IMG/VR virus record: IMGVR_UViG_3300047564_002155
Location: 96,001-160,000 of that record
DNA length: 64,000 nt
Direction: 5' to 3' (one strand)
Origin: a virus
The translations under genes were made by a program, and so were the position numbers. Shown here piece after piece: positions 57,856 through 64,000 of this stretch (the first letter of the stretch is position 1; every line of letters starts with the position of its first letter). The notes beneath the pieces are model-generated. The model was not told the DNA's origin. It saw only the letters and a program-made list of their open reading frames with translations, and did no database searches.

Positions 57856-57901
57856 GGTAGGGATAAATCTATCCTTTTGGTTTTTAAAATAGGAGTTTAA
57901 A

Positions 57902-58747
57902 ATGGCTGTTTACAAAAGAGGTGATAATAACGAATTCATCAAAGAAATCCAAAAAGCATTGGGTGTTGACCCAATTGGTAATTTTGGACCAAAAACCGAA
58001 GATGCTGTAAAAGCATTTCAAAAGAAACACGGACTTACCGCTGATGGTATTGTTGGTGAATCCACATTAGTTAAATTGGGTCTCAAAGCTCCAGCAGCTC
58101 CTGCTGCTAAGCCCGCTGCTAAACCTGCAGCAGCCGCTCCTGCAAAACCAAGTGCTGCTGCAAAATACAATAAAGAATCTATTGAAAAAGCAGTAAAAGC
58201 AAAAGGATACAAGTGGTTTGAAGGTAAAGACCTTGAACTTAATATCGTAGGTGTTCGTAATTCAGATACAGGTACAAAAGTAACCAATGCTTTTGATGAT
58301 AGAATTACCGTATCATACAAAGAAAATGGTGTTTGGGTTTACAATGAATGGATGAATACTACCGACCCTGGTACTAAAGGTGTTAAAGAATATCACAACG
58401 CAGCTGGTGTTGCAAGATTGGTTCCTGGTCAGTATGTTGACTCACACGCGTTGGGTCTACACCAAGGTAAGTATGAAGCCCTAAAACAATTTGGTAAGGT
58501 AAAAGTTTATCGTGATGCAAATCGTGATATGAACTATGATGAAACCAAAATCCAAGAAGGTGTATTTGGTATTAACATCCACAAAGCAGGTGCTGATTCT
58601 ACATTTGTAGAAAACTGGTCTGAAGGATGTCAAGTATTCAAAAGAGCGGCTGACTTTGAACAATTTATGACAATTGCAAGAAAAGCAGCGGCTGCTGGAA
58701 ATAAGAAGTTTACTTATACTTTGATTGAATCAAAAGATATCGTTTAA
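57902..58747 (+). CDS. Endolysin-like protein: peptidoglycan-binding domain + PAAK linker + YkuD-like catalytic domain
   Basis: IQKALG...GNFGPKTEDAVKAFQKKHGLTADGIVG; C-terminal GINIHKAG...WSEGCQV; AGGAG and a late motif upstream. Confidence 0.8.
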   Translation: MAVYKRGDNNEFIKEIQKALGVDPIGNFGPKTEDAVKAFQKKHGLTADGIVGESTLVKLGLKAPAAPAAKPAAKPAAAAPAKPSAAAKYNKESIEKAVKAKGYKWFEGKDLELNIVGVRNSDTGTKVTNAFDDRITVSYKENGVWVYNEWMNTTDPGTKGVKEYHNAAGVARLVPGQYVDSHALGLHQGKYEALKQFGKVKVYRDANRDMNYDETKIQEGVFGINIHKAGADSTFVENWSEGCQVFKRAADFEQFMTIARKAAAAGNKKFTYTLIESKDIV

Positions 58748-58809
58748 GATAGTTATTTAAAAGAGTTTTTTAAGAAGTTTCGGGTCAACAACTAATAGGA
58801 CTTGAAACT

Positions 58810-60729
58810 ATGAAAAAATTATTATTCCTTTTATTAGGGATTTTATCAATTGGTGCTGTAGCACAAAATGGTAAGACCGAGATATTAGTGGCTCCAAACT
58901 CAAACAGCCCATATATCTTGGTTGATACCTTGTTTACCCTTGAAGATACATCTGTAACTACGGATATTTACATTCACTTTGCAAATCCAACCGCAAGTAA
59001 TGTAAAGGCAGTTCAGTTCAGATTGTTCTATGACAATACGAAGTTCTCAAATGTTCAGGTATTTTGGGGGCCAACCGCTCTTTCTATATCAGACAAGTAT
59101 GGTTCCTTCTTCAAAAGTGGTGACTATGTGAATATTATTGGAACTTACACCGGAAACAATCAAAACTTTGATTGGTCTGATGGTGCTATGTTCAAAGTAA
59201 GATTAACGCATGGTTCGGCATATCAAGGTGTGGTAAACTCAATGGCTACTACCGGTACAACTTCATACTCAAACCTTGCTACTACTGGAAATGGTACGGA
59301 TGTTACTTTGGGATTATTCAATTATGGTGGCGCTTTCCAAATGCAACCAATCACATTCCCAATCAGAGTTAAAAACGCAGATGGTTCTGCAGCACAAGGT
59401 GTTTGGTTTTCAGCATCAAAAAGATTAAAGTCAACTCCGCAAGCAACTTGGCAACCAATTACATCTGACTCAACAAACGCATTGGGTTTAGTATCATTTA
59501 CACATCCACTTGATACCTCATATTGGAATTTAAAGATTACTGCTCAAACCGACACTATGGGTGATGGTGGTGCTATTTCAATTACGGATGCATACAAATT
59601 GGCAAACCACGCTTCAATGCAAGATACTTTGAGTGGTATTGAATGGTATGAAGGTGATATCAACCAATCACAAACAGCAACAATTTCTGACGCATTTGCT
59701 GTGTTTAATAGATTGGCTCTTCAGTCTACGGATTGGGATGGTTTATTCACCGGCGTAAACAACGTATCGGTATTATGGCCAAATGAGTACACTACTGCTG
59801 TATCAGCAACCGGTATTCCAGACTGGACTACTTCGCCAAGAAGATATCAAATTGATACTATTGTAAACTCACTTGACTCAATTAACCCATACATTTATGT
59901 AGTGGGTGACGCGACAACTACGGGCTATAACAACCCTGCGGTTATTATGGCAAAAATTGCAAACCCAGGCACCGGAACTGATTACATACTTGACCCAGCA
60001 GTTTATATGGTCAATAGAGATGACACGGTTCAATTCCGTATTCCTAAATTGGTAATTGCAAATAATCAAATGGAAGTTCCTGTGACTATGTTCACATTTG
60101 GTAATAAGATTGGTGCTGCTCAAATGGGTATTGAGTTTGATACTACAATCTTCCAATTTAGTTCTATCAAAGTTGGTGATGATGTATCAAAATGGACATC
60201 ATTAATTTCGGTAGAAAAGGGTAGAGTATTCTTCGCAGGACACGAAGACAAAATGAACCCATCGTTGGTTGAAACAATGACCAATCAATTTACATTTGTA
60301 TTTAATGTTATCAATCCAATTGGATGGCAGACTTCACCTTTGAGAATCTTTGATAAATCTGCTGGTAATGAAAAGGCAGAAGACCTGTCAGTTAAACCAT
60401 CACCAAACGATGGTTCGGTAGTGAATAGAAACTCAATGAACCCTGACCTTGCTGAATTGATGACCGGATTCAAAGTGTATCCAAACCCTGTTACCGACCT
60501 TACCGATGGTTGGTTAGTAATTGAACACTTTAACGAATATAGAAATTCTGACTTTACTGGTGTAATTTACAACATTAGTGGTCAAGTATCACAAGTTTAC
60601 CAAACAAAGATTACCAACATTGGTTTCCAAGTACACGGAATAAATGTTAAGGACCTACCGAATGGAGTATACTTTGTTAAGTTAGTTACGGCGGATAGAG
60701 AAAAAGTTGTGAAAATTGTTAAATATTAA
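58810..60729 (+). CDS. Secreted T9SS-cargo-like protein with cohesin- and dockerin-like segments
   Basis: Signal MKKLLFLLLGILSIGAVA|Q. Cohesin-like VKAVQFRLFYD and IGAAQMGIEFD. Dockerin-like GAISITDA...GDINQSQTATISDA. CTD FKVYPNP...IYNISGQ...LPNGVYFVKL...KIVK. Confidence 0.85.
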   Translation: MKKLLFLLLGILSIGAVAQNGKTEILVAPNSNSPYILVDTLFTLEDTSVTTDIYIHFANPTASNVKAVQFRLFYDNTKFSNVQVFWGPTALSISDKYGSFFKSGDYVNIIGTYTGNNQNFDWSDGAMFKVRLTHGSAYQGVVNSMATTGTTSYSNLATTGNGTDVTLGLFNYGGAFQMQPITFPIRVKNADGSAAQGVWFSASKRLKSTPQATWQPITSDSTNALGLVSFTHPLDTSYWNLKITAQTDTMGDGGAISITDAYKLANHASMQDTLSGIEWYEGDINQSQTATISDAFAVFNRLALQSTDWDGLFTGVNNVSVLWPNEYTTAVSATGIPDWTTSPRRYQIDTIVNSLDSINPYIYVVGDATTTGYNNPAVIMAKIANPGTGTDYILDPAVYMVNRDDTVQFRIPKLVIANNQMEVPVTMFTFGNKIGAAQMGIEFDTTIFQFSSIKVGDDVSKWTSLISVEKGRVFFAGHEDKMNPSLVETMTNQFTFVFNVINPIGWQTSPLRIFDKSAGNEKAEDLSVKPSPNDGSVVNRNSMNPDLAELMTGFKVYPNPVTDLTDGWLVIEHFNEYRNSDFTGVIYNISGQVSQVYQTKITNIGFQVHGINVKDLPNGVYFVKLVTADREKVVKIVKY

Positions 60730-60743
60730 TAAAAAGGAAGAAT

Positions 60744-60992
60744 ATGGCATTTGTAGACATCTTCAAAGACAAAAACGATTTTAATGAAAAAACAATCGTG
60801 GGATTTCTGTCATTTTCAGTTATGGCTATCTTCGCCGGCGCTGATGTTGTAACAGGTATTATGGGTCAAGAGTTAATCATCTCTGACACTATTTTTAATT
60901 CATTCGTAATGATTACTTTGGGTGCTTTTGGTATTGCTGAAGCTGGAAAGATTTTCGGTGGCAAGAAAAAAGATGAAGAAGAATTAGGTTAA
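60744..60992 (+). CDS. Small two-TM membrane protein (holin-like)
   Basis: Two hydrophobic helices and a charged C-terminus. Confidence 0.55.
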   Translation: MAFVDIFKDKNDFNEKTIVGFLSFSVMAIFAGADVVTGIMGQELIISDTIFNSFVMITLGAFGIAEAGKIFGGKKKDEEELG

Positions 60993-61009
60993 TTTAAAAT
61001 AAGGAAGAA

Positions 61010-61405
61010 GTGATGTCAGAAGAACAACAAGAAGGCGGACTATCGGGTCTTAAAAAGACCATCCTTGGAGTAGCTGGAACTGCTGTTACAGGTTTTGGAA
61101 TCTGGGCAAGTACAAACATCAATAAGATTTTTGGTGTAGAGGAAGAGTCGGATGTAAAAACTGAACAAGTTCAACAGGTTCAACAACAACCTGCTGCAGC
61201 TCCCGTGGTTATTAACCTTGAAAATAACAACACTCAACAGCAAAGTTCTGGCGGTGGTACTCATACAAGAGAAATCATCAGAGAAGTTCCTGCTCAACAA
61301 CCTGCAGCAGCTCCCGCTCCTGTGGTTGAAAAGAAGGAAACTCCTGCTGAAAGAATCGCAAGACTAAAAGCTGAAAAAGAAGCTAAAAACGCGGGTGGTC
61401 AATGA
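61010..61405 (+). CDS. Single-TM protein with Q/P-rich low-complexity tail
   Basis: TILGVAGTAVTGFGIWA followed by QQQPAAAP repeats. Confidence 0.7.
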   Translation: MMSEEQQEGGLSGLKKTILGVAGTAVTGFGIWASTNINKIFGVEEESDVKTEQVQQVQQQPAAAPVVINLENNNTQQQSSGGGTHTREIIREVPAQQPAAAPAPVVEKKETPAERIARLKAEKEAKNAGGQ

Positions 61406-62142
61406 GAACTCGTAAAGATGTAATTTTAGAGTATATCTTTGCACCATTAGGTGTGATTATGGTGGTGGGTGGCTTACTTTTTGTAGGAACAATGGCTACT
61501 TCGTGTAAGTCATCTATTTCTACGGAAGCATACAAAGCGGAGTTTGAACAAGCACAACCATTAAATACACTACCGGCTTATACTGGTGAAAAGCAAGTGG
61601 TTCAACTTGCTACTCTTAATGTTAACAAAGAACTTTGGGATATGTTCCCTGAACTTCGTGACAAAAGAGTTGGTATGGGTGTATCAAATCGTATTGTAGA
61701 GAACTTTGAAACAACTGGTAGGTTTACTTATGCTGAAGAAAAAGAAGCAATTGTAAACCAAATGTTGGATACTTGGGAAAAAGACTTACAAGGTCTTGGT
61801 GATGGTAAAACAAAATTAAATGTTGGTTCTGTGGTATTGCCAAAGTATATTGTGTATGCTGAAATCTATGACTTTTCGGTATCTTACGCTGAAACTTACG
61901 ACAAGGGTAAATTGAATAAAACCAACACTACAATTATTGGTATCCAAATCCGTATGGTAAATGTGGATAATTCTCAATACATTGTAGCATCAGGTCAAGG
62001 AACATCTACTCAAGTTGGTGAGGGTTACTTCAAAAACCCAACTATGGGGTTTGATAACTCTACCGTAGGTATCTCTACACAACGCGCTTTGGAGGTTGCT
62101 ACTATGAACCTCATCAAGCGTATGGAACAAAATGGATGGTAA
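61402..62142 (+). CDS. CsgG-like outer-membrane lipoprotein
   Basis: Hydrophobic stretch + ATSC lipobox; GMGVSNRIVE..ETTGRFT..E; YIVYAEIYDF; IGIQIRMVNVDNSQYIVASGQG. Confidence 0.7.
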   Translation: MRTRKDVILEYIFAPLGVIMVVGGLLFVGTMATSCKSSISTEAYKAEFEQAQPLNTLPAYTGEKQVVQLATLNVNKELWDMFPELRDKRVGMGVSNRIVENFETTGRFTYAEEKEAIVNQMLDTWEKDLQGLGDGKTKLNVGSVVLPKYIVYAEIYDFSVSYAETYDKGKLNKTNTTIIGIQIRMVNVDNSQYIVASGQGTSTQVGEGYFKNPTMGFDNSTVGISTQRALEVATMNLIKRMEQNGW

Positions 62143-63583
62143 ACATTGGATAACTCTCCTATTTCTCGTATTGGGGTTTGGTGTAGCTGCACAAACATAT
62201 CAGTATAGCTACACCGACCCTTGTACAGGGATATTAAACACAGTTACAATTACACAACAAACGGGTTCGGTTACATTATTTTACGCCGGACAATATCAAA
62301 CTTTTACAGCGGCTCAATTACAAGCCGGAGCATATGAAGCTTGGATAGCTCAAATCAATGCTCAGTTTCCACCTGGTTCAAATCCTTGTGCTGGGAATGG
62401 TGGTCAAAACGCAAATAATTCCAACGTGAGTATTGGAACCAATTCAGCAACAAATATTACAAACATCATAGGTATAGCTACTTCAGTTAGTGGTTCTGCT
62501 TCGGGCGCTGCCGGAAATATTGGCGGTGGTATGGGTGGTGGTGATATGGGCGGTGGTGGTTCAAGTGGTGGTGACCCCGGTGAAAACGGAGCCGGTGGGT
62601 CATCTTCATCAAGTGGTGGCTCCGGTGGTGGTTCAAAACCACCTACCGGTGGAAGTGGTTCATCAAGTGGTGGTGGCTCTACCAGCGGTAGTGGTTCTAC
62701 TGGCGGTGGAAGTGGTTCGGGTGGTGGTCAACCATCCGGTGGAGGTCAACCCGCGTCTGGTCAAGGTGAGGGTGGTGGTGGTTCCGTTCCATCATCCGGT
62801 GGTGGTGGTGAAAGTGGTGGTGGAACCGAGCAAGGTGCTGTGGGTGAGAGTTCTACAACAACCGCAAGTGGTGGTGAATCCGAATCATCTTCATCCGAAG
62901 GTGGTGGTGGAGGTGGCGGTAGTCGTCAAAAATCAAAACAAGAGCGTATTGCAAGAGGTGCTTTAATTGGGGCTGGTGATATTGTTGTGATTAGAAACTC
63001 CGCTAATATCCAAGATACGGGTAAAGATAACCTAAAAGTAAACCTATCACTAACGCACGTTAATACAAAACAAAACTTTATTAAAGGTATGGCATTAAAC
63101 TATCAGACAGGTGAGAATGTAGCTAATGTGACTTTGTATGGTAGTTTTAAATCAAAAGGTTATATGGGTGTCTTTTCAAACTCATTTATGACCAATTTTC
63201 AAACCGATTGGTTCAATACAGGTTCATTCTTAAATGCTCAAAAAACAGGTCCTGCGACCTGGTTGCTTGGTTTAAACTATACATTTGGTTCGTTGGGTAA
63301 AAGTGATTTCCAAAACTTTTCTCTTGTTGGCGGAACCTTTACAAATTTTAAAGGTGGTAAATCATTTAGTTCTAATGTAATGATGTTAGGTATTTATAGT
63401 CCCTATGTGTTTTATTACGAAGGTCAATGGTATAAATCAGGAGTTATATTAGTTCCTATGATGAATATGGATTTTAAATTAACTGATAAGTTTAAATGGA
63501 GCATTTCATTTAGTGGTGCTTATCAGCTTAATGCTGAAATTTTAAATTACCAAGTAATGACCGGAACAAAGATGTTGTTATGA
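62132..63583 (+). CDS. Secreted protein with Gly/Ser-rich linker and probable C-terminal outer-membrane beta-barrel
   Basis: Signal ...GFGVAA|Q; small Cys-pair N-domain (YTDPC..NPC); ~150-aa G/S tract; C-terminal amphipathic beta strands. Confidence 0.7.
   Translation: MDGKHWITLLFLVLGFGVAAQTYQYSYTDPCTGILNTVTITQQTGSVTLFYAGQYQTFTAAQLQAGAYEAWIAQINAQFPPGSNPCAGNGGQNANNSNVSIGTNSATNITNIIGIATSVSGSASGAAGNIGGGMGGGDMGGGGSSGGDPGENGAGGSSSSSGGSGGGSKPPTGGSGSSSGGGSTSGSGSTGGGSGSGGGQPSGGGQPASGQGEGGGGSVPSSGGGGESGGGTEQGAVGESSTTTASGGESESSSSEGGGGGGGSRQKSKQERIARGALIGAGDIVVIRNSANIQDTGKDNLKVNLSLTHVNTKQNFIKGMALNYQTGENVANVTLYGSFKSKGYMGVFSNSFMTNFQTDWFNTGSFLNAQKTGPATWLLGLNYTFGSLGKSDFQNFSLVGGTFTNFKGGKSFSSNVMMLGIYSPYVFYYEGQWYKSGVILVPMMNMDFKLTDKFKWSISFSGAYQLNAEILNYQVMTGTKMLL
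62490..62925 (+). repeat. Low-complexity GGT/TCA-rich coding tract (Gly/Ser linker)
   Basis: Runs of GGTGGT with AGT/TCA/TCC codons. Confidence 0.85.
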
Positions 63584-64000
63584 GATGGTTTATTTTTATT
63601 CTTATTTTTATACTCACAGTATCAATTGAGGGGTATTCTCAAACCTTTACTCATTCGGGAACTATTAGAACTGAAGGTAACATAGTTGTTCCAGGAGTAA
63701 CAGTTAAACTTTATAAAAGAACTACTCCTGTAATAACAGGATTCACAAACCAGCAGAACTACAACGGACACTCTTACTATCGGTCAACAAGTTCTGCCTT
63801 CTGGTCAGCAGCCAAAGCTGCTTGTGAGAATATGGGTGGACATTTAGTAACAGTAACTTCAGCAGCTGAAAATAGCTTCATCTTCAATCTATGGCCATCT
63901 GGCTGGATTGGACTAACAGACGAAGTAACGGAAGGACAGTGGAGATGGGTTACAGGAGAAACTTATTCATACTCATCTTGGAATAGCGGTGAACCAAACA
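63580..64000 (+). CDS. Secreted C-type lectin domain protein (partial, runs off the window)
   Basis: MRWFIFILIFILTVSIEGYS|Q...YNGHSYY...W.AAKAAC..MGGHLVTV.SAAEN.FI...WIGLTD...EGQWRWVTGE..SYSSWNSGEPN. Confidence 0.88.
   Translation, partial: MRWFIFILIFILTVSIEGYSQTFTHSGTIRTEGNIVVPGVTVKLYKRTTPVITGFTNQQNYNGHSYYRSTSSAFWSAAKAACENMGGHLVTVTSAAENSFIFNLWPSGWIGLTDEVTEGQWRWVTGETYSYSSWNSGEPN

Noticed and set aside
4054-60473. Minus-strand and nested alternative-frame ORFs in the track (e.g. 6692-7186, 10153-10623, 49657-50100)
   Set aside because: All lie within well-supported + strand genes, lack motifs, and are explained by codon bias
62490-62966. Val-rich 158-aa alternative ORF
   Set aside because: It is a shifted reading of the GGT-rich Gly/Ser tract
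63580-64000. C-type lectin gene as a diversity-generating retroelement target
   Set aside because: No reverse transcriptase or template repeat in the window, and the domain looks like a canonical WIGL/EPN CTLD; sequence beyond the window cannot be assessed
1-64000. Stop-codon reassignment
   Set aside because: Conserved genes are full length under the standard code, and TAA, TGA and TAG all terminate genes
1-64000. tRNA/rRNA genes, integrase or transposase
   Set aside because: Intergenic gaps are short and no cloverleaf or mobile-element motifs were recognised by eye

Overview
A 64-kb segment of a large T4-like (contractile-tailed) dsDNA phage genome, with every credible gene on the + strand. 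The host is very likely a Bacteroidota bacterium: there are repeated TTTG-N19/20-TAnnTTTG promoters, a type IX secretion C-terminal domain, and signal peptides followed by Gln. Order: (1) tail/baseplate module, 1-12.5 kb, with sheath, tube, a probable frameshifting tail-assembly chaperone, tape measure and baseplate proteins; (2) replication and nucleotide-metabolism module, 12.5-41.8 kb, with an atypical family-A polymerase, SSB, RecA, 5'-3' exonuclease, DnaB helicase, NrdAB, MazG, glutamine synthetase II, family-B polymerase, clamp and clamp loader, interleaved with three Mom-like GNAT genes, a DUF4338/DruA-like gene, a glycosyltransferase and an Nmad1-like gene (candidate DNA hypermodification system); (3) a ~15.6-kb glycosylation island, 41.8-57.4 kb, with carbamoyltransferase, glycosyltransferases, methyltransferases, dioxygenases and a NeuB/NeuA/HAD/NanQ/sialyltransferase-like nonulosonic-acid pathway; (4) an endolysin followed by a secreted/outer-membrane module (cohesin/dockerin-like T9SS cargo, CsgG-like lipoprotein, Gly/Ser-linker beta-barrel protein, C-type lectin) that runs off the window. 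All protein calls are by-eye motif recognition; no database searches were run. No tRNA, rRNA or CRISPR array was seen.
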